Positions 12,305 to 21,232 of a stretch of DNA of 32,356 bases are shown here, in pieces. Source of the DNA: a virus. Taxonomy: Duplodnaviria; Caudoviricetes. The DNA lies in the IMG/VR virus record IMGVR_UViG_3300020043_004150, positions 1 through 32,356 of that record. One strand, given 5' to 3'. The notes under the pieces were generated by a model. That model was not told where the DNA came from, ran no database searches, and saw nothing but the letters and a program-made list of their open reading frames with translations. The position numbers and the translations under genes were made by a program. Within the stretch, counting starts at the first letter, position 1; the number at the start of each line of letters is the position of its first letter.

Positions 12305-12772
12305 ATGGTTACAGATAATAAATTCATTGTAGAAAGAACAAATGTTTTGGCTGCCGATGTGGTAGTGGGTACATCCTACGCCGCTTTGGATGCCGGCAAC
12401 TTCGGTTGGTACGGCAAAGCAGGTCAGACCTATGCGTTCCGTGCAGAAGTGGTGTACGATGCAGACGGTGCAACAGAAGGCGCTGCCTTCAGCATCACCG
12501 CAGGCGCAGCGCCAACCGTGATTCAGGGCGTTTCAGTCTACCCATTGACTGCAACAACTGAAACTAAGACGCAAATTGCTGCGATTGATACGCCAGACCA
12601 TGGCACATCATCAATTGACGGATTGAACACAGCTGTTGTTTATGGTGTTGTTACACCATCAGCAGATGGCATGATTGAAGTCAGCGGTGTTGCAGAAAAC
12701 GCAAGCAAGATTACAGCAAAAGGCGGACTCTCCGTTTTGAGCTGGAAGCGTATTGATGGTGACTGGAGCTAA
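12305..12772 (+). CDS. Putative capsid decoration / minor head protein
   Basis: 155 aa beta-rich protein after the capsid gene, with capsid-like codon usage and AAGGAG RBS. Confidence 0.6.
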   Translation: MVTDNKFIVERTNVLAADVVVGTSYAALDAGNFGWYGKAGQTYAFRAEVVYDADGATEGAAFSITAGAAPTVIQGVSVYPLTATTETKTQIAAIDTPDHGTSSIDGLNTAVVYGVVTPSADGMIEVSGVAENASKITAKGGLSVLSWKRIDGDWS

Positions 12773-12796
12773 TTAGCTTCTATTGCTAAAAGATCG

Positions 12797-12857
12797 TTGG
12801 CGCAGGGAGTTTAAAGGCTATCATCCTTCGGGTAGCTCTCTCTGCGCCAATACTTTT
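12797..12857 (+). terminator. Hairpin terminator with cUUCGg tetraloop
   Basis: ttggcgcagggag...cc-ttcg-gg...ctctctgcgccaa followed by tactttt. Confidence 0.65.
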
Positions 12858-12861
12858 ATAA

Positions 12862-12886
12862 GGTAATAAAAACAGTAATATATAGA
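12862..12886 (+). promoter_or_regulatory. Putative late promoter, GTAA-N16-TAG copy 3
   Basis: GGTAA-taaaaacagt-AATATA-TAG, immediately after the terminator. Confidence 0.6.
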
Positions 12887-12907
12887 GAACAATACGGAGG
12901 ATTATTT

Positions 12908-13240
12908 ATGTCAAAACAAAATGTTTATATAGCCCAAATGTTACCGGGATGCGAACCTTATGGATCTAACCCGAGTATTGCTACCTCAAAAATTCAACCA
13001 TCTTATATGGGAATCCCAGGAACAGAATACTCGCCTCCTACAAATTATGGGGATTATGCAATTTGTGTAGCGACAAAAGTTAATGGAGATGCATGCCAAC
13101 AAGCTACTGTAATGCACACGAACCTTTGTATGGGGCATTTAAAATCATTGGCTAATAAAATGACACCTTTAAAAGAAGGTGAAGTGTACGATGCAGACAC
13201 GATTGTTAAAAGAGCATTTCCTGAATTAAACGGAGAATAA
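12908..13240 (+). CDS. Hypothetical protein with C-x9-C-x10-C-x2-H zinc-finger-like motif
   Basis: CVATKVNGDACQQATVMHTNLCMGH; GGAGG RBS. Confidence 0.6.
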   Translation: MSKQNVYIAQMLPGCEPYGSNPSIATSKIQPSYMGIPGTEYSPPTNYGDYAICVATKVNGDACQQATVMHTNLCMGHLKSLANKMTPLKEGEVYDADTIVKRAFPELNGE

Positions 13241-13243
13241 CAA

Positions 13244-14035
13244 ATGGCAATTCCTTTTTCTAATGAAAATCTTACCCTTGCGCAGATGCGCAGTTTTGTT
13301 TCTCAATTATCAGAGTTAAGTATTGGCATTGGTGCTAATGATGATATTACAACAGATTTGGTAAATGGTTTTATTAAAGAAGGATTTCAAAAGATTTATG
13401 TTTTAAGTAATCGTTACCCGTACTACCAAAGCACATTAAGTTTTACAACAGTCAATACCGTTCACGGTTATTCTACTTTTACACAAACTTTGCCATCGGT
13501 TGCAACAAAAACTTTAACAGATATGGCTCAAATAATTTCTGTTGTTAATACAACAAATACTGGTAATGCATTAATTTATCTTGATCAATTTAAAGCTGAA
13601 TCAATTTGGGTTGGGACTAATGATGTAACTGGCATTCCAGCTTACTTTACTATATGGGCTAATCAAATTAACTTATGGCCTGCACCAGATGACGCATATG
13701 TTATAAATATTAGAGGCTATCGCAGACCAAGCCTTACATGGTTGCAAGACGAAAATACAAACATTGATATATCCCCAGATTTTCAATTGCCTTTAATAAA
13801 CTATGTTATGTCTCGTATCTTTCAATATCAAGAAGATCCAGAAATGGCTAATGTTTATATGCGTAATTATGAGCAAGAAGTTGCTTTGGTCCAACAAAAT
13901 CTTACAGCGCCAAACAGTAACCAACCAATGATTATGAGTGGCGGGCTACAACTTGATCGTGGTTATTGGTGGAGTATGACACCTTACCTACAAGTGCTTC
14001 CTAATAGCCCATATCCATTGGGAGTTTTTTATTAA
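13244..14035 (+). CDS. Head-tail adaptor / tail tubular protein A-like
   Basis: 263 aa, first tail gene, GIPAYFTIW...LWPAPD motif. Confidence 0.7.
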   Translation: MAIPFSNENLTLAQMRSFVSQLSELSIGIGANDDITTDLVNGFIKEGFQKIYVLSNRYPYYQSTLSFTTVNTVHGYSTFTQTLPSVATKTLTDMAQIISVVNTTNTGNALIYLDQFKAESIWVGTNDVTGIPAYFTIWANQINLWPAPDDAYVINIRGYRRPSLTWLQDENTNIDISPDFQLPLINYVMSRIFQYQEDPEMANVYMRNYEQEVALVQQNLTAPNSNQPMIMSGGLQLDRGYWWSMTPYLQVLPNSPYPLGVFY

Positions 14036-15748
14036 ATGGCAGCTATTCTTTTTGACCAAGTTGTTGACTTTACAGGTGGTGTAAATTACAGAGCAGATCA
14101 ATTTCAATTAAAGAAAAATGAAACTCCTGATATTTTAAACCTTGAGATTGACCCAAGAGGCGGCTTGTTTAGTCGTGCCGGTTATAAAAAAAAGCATAGT
14201 ACTGCAGTAGTTACTCCTGGAACAACTTGGCTTCCTAAATCTCTTTTTAATTATAAAGCAGCAGGTGCTCCAACCATTATGCTTTCAACAGGGTTGTCCT
14301 CAGTGCCTTCAGATGGAAAAGTATATCAATCATCTGGAAGTAACTTTAGTGTTTTAAATAGAGCAGCTGCTACTCCAATGGAAGTTAAATCAGCCAATGG
14401 TTGTTCTTTTACGCAATGGCAAAACATTCTTTACATGGCTCGTGGTATTGATGGAGCTATCCCTTATAAATATGAAGAGGGAGATACATATGTAACTGCA
14501 CTAACTGCTTCTGGTCCTACTTGGCAGCCATATCAAGCGCCTACTGGCGGTTATATGCCAAGAGCAGAAATTAACATTACTCATGCTAATAAATTATTTG
14601 TTGCAAATACTTATGAAGATGGTGTTGCTTATCCCAATCGCTTGCGCTGGTCGCATGAGAATCGCCCTGAAGACTGGTATCAACAAGATTATATTGACAT
14701 TATGGCGGGTGGAGAAGGGATTAGAGGATTACAGGTAGTAGATGGTCAGTTACTTATTTTTAAATCTAAAGCGATATATTTGCTTATGGGTTATGATGCA
14801 GACTCGTTTCAATTAGTAGAATTATCAACTACAGTTGGTATTGACTATCCTCAACAAGCAGTTGCTGGGGCTGGCGGAGTATTCTTTTTTGATTATCCTC
14901 AAGGATTGTTTTTCTATAATAGAAATGGTATCCAAAGTCTATTTGACAGAATAAAGCCAATTATTGATACAGACAGAGTTAATCCATCGCTAACAGATTA
15001 TATTACTTGCTCTTATGTCAATGATAGATTATGGCTATCTATGCCATTTGATATTAATGATACTGGCTCTAACCCTAATTATGTAAATTGTAATTTTGTT
15101 TTTGATCCATCAATTGGTCAAAATGGCGCATATACTTTGTTTCAAAGTGCTACATTTAATAATAATACTGATGTTATTATTGACGGTTGGGGTTTAATTA
15201 ACGGTTGTGATTGGCGAGACTCAAATGATAATGCATGGCATTTGATGGTTAGTGCAGATGACGATTTTCCGTTTGTAATGTATGTTGATGATTTTGCTGA
15301 AGTTAATGATGATATTGCAGCCGGTGATGATTATGGTGATTTTTCAACTATGTATAAAACAAGCTGGTTTTATGATGATCGCTATGTACAAAATAAAACT
15401 TTTGTGCGAACATTATATGTTGTTAAAGAAGTAGAACAAAATACAGAAATTAGAATTAATGTTTATCATGACTTTAACTCAGAAGATCAAATTGCATCCG
15501 ATACATTAGTTTTAAATCCTATATCTACTGGTGGTTTATATGGAGTTGGTGTTTATGGAACTGCCGTATATGGAACTAATCAGTTAAGAGCTGGTGTTGC
15601 CGTTGGAGGCAGACTTAAAACAGCCAAAGCGGTACAACTTGAATTTGTTGGGCCTACAGCAGCGCTAACAGGTACGCCTGGGCGAGCTTGGGGTATCAAC
15701 TCTATTGCGTTTAAATATAAGCGCAGAAACATAAGGAGCAATAAATAA
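14036..15748 (+). CDS. Tail nozzle / stabilisation protein (tail tubular protein B-like)
   Basis: 570 aa, beta-rich; DFTGG start, NLEIDPRGGL, HANKLFVA, NRLRWS; follows the adaptor. Confidence 0.75.
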   Translation: MAAILFDQVVDFTGGVNYRADQFQLKKNETPDILNLEIDPRGGLFSRAGYKKKHSTAVVTPGTTWLPKSLFNYKAAGAPTIMLSTGLSSVPSDGKVYQSSGSNFSVLNRAAATPMEVKSANGCSFTQWQNILYMARGIDGAIPYKYEEGDTYVTALTASGPTWQPYQAPTGGYMPRAEINITHANKLFVANTYEDGVAYPNRLRWSHENRPEDWYQQDYIDIMAGGEGIRGLQVVDGQLLIFKSKAIYLLMGYDADSFQLVELSTTVGIDYPQQAVAGAGGVFFFDYPQGLFFYNRNGIQSLFDRIKPIIDTDRVNPSLTDYITCSYVNDRLWLSMPFDINDTGSNPNYVNCNFVFDPSIGQNGAYTLFQSATFNNNTDVIIDGWGLINGCDWRDSNDNAWHLMVSADDDFPFVMYVDDFAEVNDDIAAGDDYGDFSTMYKTSWFYDDRYVQNKTFVRTLYVVKEVEQNTEIRINVYHDFNSEDQIASDTLVLNPISTGGLYGVGVYGTAVYGTNQLRAGVAVGGRLKTAKAVQLEFVGPTAALTGTPGRAWGINSIAFKYKRRNIRSNK

Positions 15749-15749
15749 A

Positions 15750-16349
15750 ATGGCAACATTAACAATACCTAATACATTTGTCAACAATACAACTATTGTT
15801 GCTGCTGAACACAACGCCAACTTTACAGCGGTTAAAAACTTTGTAGATGGGCTGGCTCAAGGCACTAACTTTGATGCAGGTGCAATCGGCGCAGAGGATA
15901 TCGCATCTTCTGCCATAACAGAAGCTAAGATAGCATCATCTGCTGTAACAACTAGCAAGATTGCAGCGTCAGTAACATTAACTACACCAAATATTGGTGC
16001 AGCAAGTGCTACTTCAATTGCTGTAACAGATAATGTTGTTTATCACATTACAATCAACGCTACGACTGGCGCATATACGCTTGTGCTTACCGATGATAAT
16101 CGTATGGTTGAGATGAACAATGCATCAGGAACAACTTTAACTATTCCGCTTAACTCTTCGGTTGCATTTCCAATTGGCACAATGATTACAATTTTACAAA
16201 CTGGCGCTGGACAAACTACAGTTGCAGGCGCTGCGGGTGTTACTGTTAACGGTACTCCTGGTCTTAAATTAAGAGCACAGTATTCAGCTGCTACATGTAT
16301 TAAAAGAGCAACTAATACTTGGGTTCTAATTGGTGATTTGGCAGCATAA
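15750..16349 (+). CDS. Proximal tail fibre with C-terminal adaptor domain
   Basis: N-terminal IPNTFVNNTTIVAAEHNANF anchor, ITEAKIA/VTTSKIA repeats, C-terminal domain shared with 1021..3321. Confidence 0.75.
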   Translation: MATLTIPNTFVNNTTIVAAEHNANFTAVKNFVDGLAQGTNFDAGAIGAEDIASSAITEAKIASSAVTTSKIAASVTLTTPNIGAASATSIAVTDNVVYHITINATTGAYTLVLTDDNRMVEMNNASGTTLTIPLNSSVAFPIGTMITILQTGAGQTTVAGAAGVTVNGTPGLKLRAQYSAATCIKRATNTWVLIGDLAA

Positions 16350-16975
16350 TGCCTACAATCGGTGCTTTAGCAGCAGGCGGGTCAATCCCAGACGCTCCAA
16401 CCATTGGAACAGCAACAGCTGGCAATGGCAGTGCGTCTGTTGCGTTTACCGCTTCAGCCTATATTGGTAAAGACACCGTTACTTATACTGCAACTTCTAC
16501 TCCTGGTTCTATTACTGGCACAAGTGCTTCATCTCCGATTACAGTTTCGGGTTTAAGTAATGGAACTGCTTACACTTTTGTAGTTAAAGCAACAACTAAC
16601 TATGGTGTTGATTCTGTTGACTCGGCTGCATCTAATTCAGTTACCCCAGCAGTTCCGCCAGTTGTTCCACCTGTAGTTCCACCAGTAACACCGCCTGTTA
16701 CTCCTCCTGTTACTCCTCCTGTTACACCACCTGTTACACCACCGGTAGTTCCGCCAGTTGTACCACCAGTCGTACCGCCAGTTGTTCCTCCTGTTGTTCC
16801 TCCTGTTGTTCCTCCTGTTGTTCCTCCTGTAAATCCTTGCACTGGTTGTGGCAACTGTGGTTCAACTCTTGGTCCTTGCCCATATAGCGAAACAGCATTT
16901 GGTGTTTACAACACATGTTATGATAGTTGTGGTGCTGTTTGTAGCAGTTCGTTCAGTGGTCTATGCGTTGAATAA
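16349..16975 (+). CDS. FN3 domain + polyproline stalk + Cys-rich tip protein
   Basis: PDAPTIGTATAG...VSGLSNGTAYTFVVKA is a fibronectin type III pattern, followed by 15 PPV(V/T/N) units and an 8-Cys C-terminus. Confidence 0.8.
   Translation: MPTIGALAAGGSIPDAPTIGTATAGNGSASVAFTASAYIGKDTVTYTATSTPGSITGTSASSPITVSGLSNGTAYTFVVKATTNYGVDSVDSAASNSVTPAVPPVVPPVVPPVTPPVTPPVTPPVTPPVTPPVVPPVVPPVVPPVVPPVVPPVVPPVVPPVNPCTGCGNCGSTLGPCPYSETAFGVYNTCYDSCGAVCSSSFSGLCVE
16655..16834 (+). repeat. 12-bp coding tandem repeat x15 (9 PPVV, 5 PPVT, 1 PPVN)
   Basis: Counted directly from the sequence. Confidence 0.95.
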
Positions 16976-16999
16976 ATAAACATACACCGAAGGAGGTAT

Positions 17000-17239
17000 A
17001 TGAGTAATATAGAAAATAATGTTAGAAAGATGCCTCATACGCATCCAAATGATTTTACTTGTTTTGCTATTGTTGTAGATGGTGAAGTTGCATCTTATGT
17101 AACACACATTAATACTGATGAATTACATATAGCAATTCATAGATCAGCCCCAATATTTATTGAGGTTCCGTATCTTGAAAGACCACCACAAGGTTCTCTT
17201 TGGGATGGCACAAAGTTTATATTAGAAGGTCAGCAATGA
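17000..17239 (+). CDS. Small fibre-associated protein, putative chaperone
   Basis: FAIVVDGEVA...WDGTKF, a similar style to 794..1021; strong RBS. Confidence 0.6.
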   Translation: MSNIENNVRKMPHTHPNDFTCFAIVVDGEVASYVTHINTDELHIAIHRSAPIFIEVPYLERPPQGSLWDGTKFILEGQQ

Positions 17240-17463
17240 GCGCATGGAAAGATTATAAAGCTAAATTAGGAACAACACGACCATGGGATGTAATAAACCC
17301 AAATGTTCCAAAGGCTACAGATAGTACTGCAGAAAGTCGCATGAGTATTTGTAATTTGTGTCCAGAATTAATAAACGCAACTAAACAGTGCAAACAATGC
17401 GGTTGTTTTATGAAGATGAAAGTAAGACTAGAGGCAGCTACATGCCCAATCGGGAAGTGGTGA
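17236..17463 (+). CDS. Six-Cys small protein, DUF6171-like
   Basis: ATGA overlap start at 17236; RMSICNLC...CKQCGCFM...CPIGKW. Confidence 0.7.
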   Translation: MSAWKDYKAKLGTTRPWDVINPNVPKATDSTAESRMSICNLCPELINATKQCKQCGCFMKMKVRLEAATCPIGKW

Positions 17464-18788
17464 TGTTAACTAAAGAAATCTTATTTGAACTACCTGAAGT
17501 GCTAGCAGAGCCAATGGTTATCAAAGACTTCTTCCCGAGCAACATGCTTGAGCGTGTTAAGAAAATAGTTGCAAATACAGGTATGGGAACAGATAAAGTT
17601 GAATTTCATACCATGCTTGCTAGATGGGAAGCACCGGTACAATTTGATGCTGATATTGAAGAGTATTGTTTAAATAAAGCCAGAGAGATTTTTAAAGATA
17701 ACTCATTACAAAAAGCTTATTTCTTTGCTGTTAGATACCAGAGAAAAGACGGATGTGTTCCGCATCTTTGGGAACATACAGATCAAAACGGTACACAAAC
17801 AACAATAGATATAACAATAGAAAACACAGCAAATTGGGGATTGATAGTAGAAGGTCAACATTTTGAACAAAACCCAAATGATGCAATTATCTTTGCTGGT
17901 CAACAGCATATGCATGCAAGACCACCGTATCCAACAAAAGATGAAAATGCATATACAACTGTTTTGTTTTTGCACTTTACACAACCAGATCATTGGATTC
18001 AAAAGGATAAAGATGGGTTTCATAAGTATGGCTCAGATGGTGACGCAAGGTTCTTTAACCGCAATCGCTACTTTGCAATGCCTGATGCCCCGATAAATCA
18101 ACCAGTTTGCCGTTGCCATGACTATTCTGTGATATTAAGATTTTATGATGAGTTTTTTGGGCATCTGATTGAATCTCAACCAGAGACAGTGGATATGAGA
18201 ATTTTAAATAAAGTAGAACTAGCCCCAGGAATTATTAAATATAAAGTTTCTAAAGAGTCAGTTCGTATATTAAAAGGGCTAACCCAAAACTCTATGTTTA
18301 AACAATGGCAACCTGCAGAGGTTCTTGTTGAAGACAATAAGCCGGGTATAAACTACGCTGCTAGAAATTGTTATAATTATTTTATAACAGGCAAAGAGTC
18401 AAGTTGCCATCCTCAAGACCCTATTAGAAGGCTCTCAGAATCCCTCCAGACGGGCCTGGATGCGATTATAGAAGACTTTAGGGGTAAGTACAGTATTGTA
18501 GACCTAATTTCTCATCATACGGTTTTATTGCGCTATGAAGAAGGCAATAAGTTCCATTATCACATAGATGATCACCCCAAGTTTCCAAGGGTTGTATCGC
18601 TTTCTATGTTTTTAAATGATGATTATGAAGGCGGAGTGTTAGAATTTAACCATTTTGGATTAAGGATTACTCCAGAAGCAGGCGATATCATCGTGTTTTG
18701 TTCTGGGTTTCCTTATATGCATCAAGTAGAGCCGGTAACTAAGGGTATTCGCTATGCAGTCGTAAAATGGTATGAATACAAAATGTAA
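17463..18788 (+). CDS. Tandem two-domain 2OG-Fe(II) dioxygenase (prolyl 4-hydroxylase-like)
   Basis: TGATG-coupled start at 17463. Domain 1: HTD...HAR. Domain 2: HID...YEGGVLEF...MHQVEPVTKGIRY. Confidence 0.85.
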   Translation: MLTKEILFELPEVLAEPMVIKDFFPSNMLERVKKIVANTGMGTDKVEFHTMLARWEAPVQFDADIEEYCLNKAREIFKDNSLQKAYFFAVRYQRKDGCVPHLWEHTDQNGTQTTIDITIENTANWGLIVEGQHFEQNPNDAIIFAGQQHMHARPPYPTKDENAYTTVLFLHFTQPDHWIQKDKDGFHKYGSDGDARFFNRNRYFAMPDAPINQPVCRCHDYSVILRFYDEFFGHLIESQPETVDMRILNKVELAPGIIKYKVSKESVRILKGLTQNSMFKQWQPAEVLVEDNKPGINYAARNCYNYFITGKESSCHPQDPIRRLSESLQTGLDAIIEDFRGKYSIVDLISHHTVLLRYEEGNKFHYHIDDHPKFPRVVSLSMFLNDDYEGGVLEFNHFGLRITPEAGDIIVFCSGFPYMHQVEPVTKGIRYAVVKWYEYKM

Positions 18789-18808
18789 TGATAATTATTA
18801 ATTATAGG
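18784..18808 (+). promoter_or_regulatory. Putative late promoter, GTAA-N16-TAG copy 4
   Basis: TGTAA-tgataattat-TAATTA-TAGG, overlapping the oxygenase stop codon. Confidence 0.65.
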
Positions 18809-18824
18809 GAGTTTTCTCGTATCC

Positions 18825-19274
18825 ATGGCAACATTTGACCCAAGTTTGTTTGAAGCAGCAAGGCGCAACATCTTTCAAGACTATGCGCAGCAGGCTGCCC
18901 TAAATGCATATCAACGCTATTTGGCTGAAACTCGTGGTCAACGCCCTATTTTGCAACTTGAAGAAGCAGCTTTCCAAACAACGCCTACTGGCGGATTGGG
19001 AGAAGTTCCTAAGCTTACATCGTCTTATGGTCGTAGAGGATTGACGGGGCAAAATGTATCATCTGGTGTTTATAAACAGGCTTTGGAATCTTATGCAAGG
19101 AACAGAGCACGAAATCTTGGTTATGCAACACAAGACTTGGCTGAAACATTGAGAGGTTACGACCTAACAGGTACTCAGTCAAGACAAAGAATGGAATCTG
19201 GTTTAAGCGATCTAGAGTTGGCAAAGGCTCGTCAAATACAACAAGACGCTCAAGCACTATTAAATTTGAGGTAA
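18825..19274 (+). CDS. Putative internal virion (ejection) protein
   Basis: Helical, Ala/Gln-rich, first gene of the post-tail block. Confidence 0.5.
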   Translation: MATFDPSLFEAARRNIFQDYAQQAALNAYQRYLAETRGQRPILQLEEAAFQTTPTGGLGEVPKLTSSYGRRGLTGQNVSSGVYKQALESYARNRARNLGYATQDLAETLRGYDLTGTQSRQRMESGLSDLELAKARQIQQDAQALLNLR

Positions 19275-19277
19275 ATT

Positions 19278-20369
19278 ATGGCAATTTTTCAATATGGTCT
19301 CCCAATGACACAAGATGAGTTTGACCCAACAGAGGGGTTAGATGTTGATTTAGCATCAACTGGCAGTACAGGTTCAGCCAACTCGCAATCTGCAATTATG
19401 AATGCTATAACTAACCGTAGAGAATATCAATTGCAACTTGCAAAAGCACAAGCAGATGCTGCTGCTAAAGCTGCAGAAGCTGCACTAAAACAAGCAGGTG
19501 CTCAATCTCAGTATGATTTTATCAAATCTCAATTAGGTGCAGGTGTTCCTAAAGAAATTAGTGGAAGCATTGATGAACAAGAAGCTGCTCAAAGAGGTTT
19601 TATTAACACTCAAGCATCTAATTTGCTTGCTCAGTTGGCTGGAAGACGAGATACAGCACAAGGTATTCAAAGTCAAGGTTATTCCAATCTAGTTAATTAT
19701 CTTGCTAGAAATCAACCACGAGCTTTTCAAGAAGCTCAGGCTGCATCACCAGTAATTACACAGAACGCTTTGGCACAGTATATGCAAGCTCAAGGTGCAA
19801 GCCCTGCTGCTGTTAGCCCTGAATTAAATCGCATTAACGCTCTTGCTGTAGGCGGGGCTGAAAATTATAATCAACTTTTGAATGTGCTTCGTGGTGCTGA
19901 ACAAGCTGGTGCTGGTTCTAGGGCAACAGAAGCTGAAATGGCTAAAACACTTGCTGACGCTCAACTTCAAGCAATTTATGGTGCAGGCACGGCTAATGTT
20001 GAAAGAGAGCAACTTTCTGCCCTTAATCAATTAGCGCAAGTTGTTGCTAACGCTCGTCTTAAGGCACAACAGGAAGCTGTTGCAAGAGATCAAGCCTTGC
20101 AAGATGCTTTGGCTAAGATTCTTGGCACTGGATATATTAAACCTACTGGTACAACTACTAAAACAGAAACAGATACAACTGGTGGTGGGGCTGATGTAAG
20201 TGCTGCAGCAAATGCCGCACTTAATGCAATAGCTTCTGGCGCAGCTCCAAATCCAGGGGTAAATGCTTTAGTGGAATTGATTGCACAAGCACAGCAGTCA
20301 CCAACTTATAGCGGTGGTGGCGGTGGGGGTGGAGGACTACCAATAGGCAACGCAATGGTAGCATTCTAA
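19278..20369 (+). CDS. Putative internal virion (ejection) protein
   Basis: 363 aa Ala/Gln-rich coiled coil with no Cys, His or Trp. Confidence 0.55.
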   Translation: MAIFQYGLPMTQDEFDPTEGLDVDLASTGSTGSANSQSAIMNAITNRREYQLQLAKAQADAAAKAAEAALKQAGAQSQYDFIKSQLGAGVPKEISGSIDEQEAAQRGFINTQASNLLAQLAGRRDTAQGIQSQGYSNLVNYLARNQPRAFQEAQAASPVITQNALAQYMQAQGASPAAVSPELNRINALAVGGAENYNQLLNVLRGAEQAGAGSRATEAEMAKTLADAQLQAIYGAGTANVEREQLSALNQLAQVVANARLKAQQEAVARDQALQDALAKILGTGYIKPTGTTTKTETDTTGGGADVSAAANAALNAIASGAAPNPGVNALVELIAQAQQSPTYSGGGGGGGGLPIGNAMVAF

Positions 20370-21232
20370 TGGCTAACAAAATTGTACAACGACTAATTGC
20401 TGCAGGCGCTACACCTGCTCGTGCTCAGGCTTTTGCCAATCAGTTTATGGCTTCGCAACCAGCCGGGGCTAAACCACAAGATATTCAAGATGCATTTGAT
20501 CAACAACTATTTGATTTGTCATACTCTTTGTATCCAAGCACATTTAAAGTACCTCGTGCTGGAGACCCTTTGTTCCTAGATTATGCCAACCTTGTTCTTA
20601 CTCCTGCTAAAGTTGCACAAGTTGAACAAAAAGCAATTGCAACAAATGCCCCAAACTTTAATGCAGCATTAAAAGGCACGGGTTATGAAGCTATATTGGC
20701 TAGATTAGTTCAGTCAGGAGCATCTCCTACACAAATTAAAAATGTAATTGTAACAGACTTTAATAACAGCAACCCTGCATTACTTGCGTTTCCAGTAACA
20801 AGCGCAACTGGTGATGCTCTTACAGCAGCATCTTCGTTAGCAGATACTTTGTTTAAAGAATTTGCGGATTTAGATATTAAAAAAGTTGAAACATTGCAAA
20901 AAGAACTAGATAAGAATAAGAATTATAAGTTTGGATTGCCAGAGCCTACATTAAAGTATGGACCAAAAACAGATTTGAAATTGGGAATAATTGATTTTAA
21001 AACACATCCAAGTGTAACTAAATTACTACAAAAACAAACTGGTATGAAGAAAGAAGAACTTATGCAAACTTATGGAGAAGCTGGACCGCAAAGCTCTGCT
21101 GCTGCAGGTATTGCTGTTCCTACTCCACAAGAAGAACAAAATCTTCTTGACAGACTGGTTGGTTCTAAAGCAACTCCATTTGTTGATGAGATTAAACGCA
21201 GGGAGTTTCTTAAGAAGAAGCAGATTAAATAA
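20369..21232 (+). CDS. Putative internal virion protein
   Basis: 287 aa, TAATG-coupled on both sides. Confidence 0.5.
   Translation: MANKIVQRLIAAGATPARAQAFANQFMASQPAGAKPQDIQDAFDQQLFDLSYSLYPSTFKVPRAGDPLFLDYANLVLTPAKVAQVEQKAIATNAPNFNAALKGTGYEAILARLVQSGASPTQIKNVIVTDFNNSNPALLAFPVTSATGDALTAASSLADTLFKEFADLDIKKVETLQKELDKNKNYKFGLPEPTLKYGPKTDLKLGIIDFKTHPSVTKLLQKQTGMKKEELMQTYGEAGPQSSAAAGIAVPTPQEEQNLLDRLVGSKATPFVDEIKRREFLKKKQIK

Noticed and set aside
11238-12772. Horizontally acquired segment or capsid read-through fusion
   Set aside because: The codon shift fits high expression. The capsid gene ends in tandem TAA TAA and the next gene has its own RBS.
12204-12830. Kissing-loop between GAAGG (12204) and CCTTC (12825)
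   Set aside because: Only 5-6 bp, and the second site is better explained as a cUUCGg tetraloop.
16600-16916. Antisense (GGTT/GGVT)n ORF
   Set aside because: It is the reverse-complement shadow of the PPVV/PPVT repeat.
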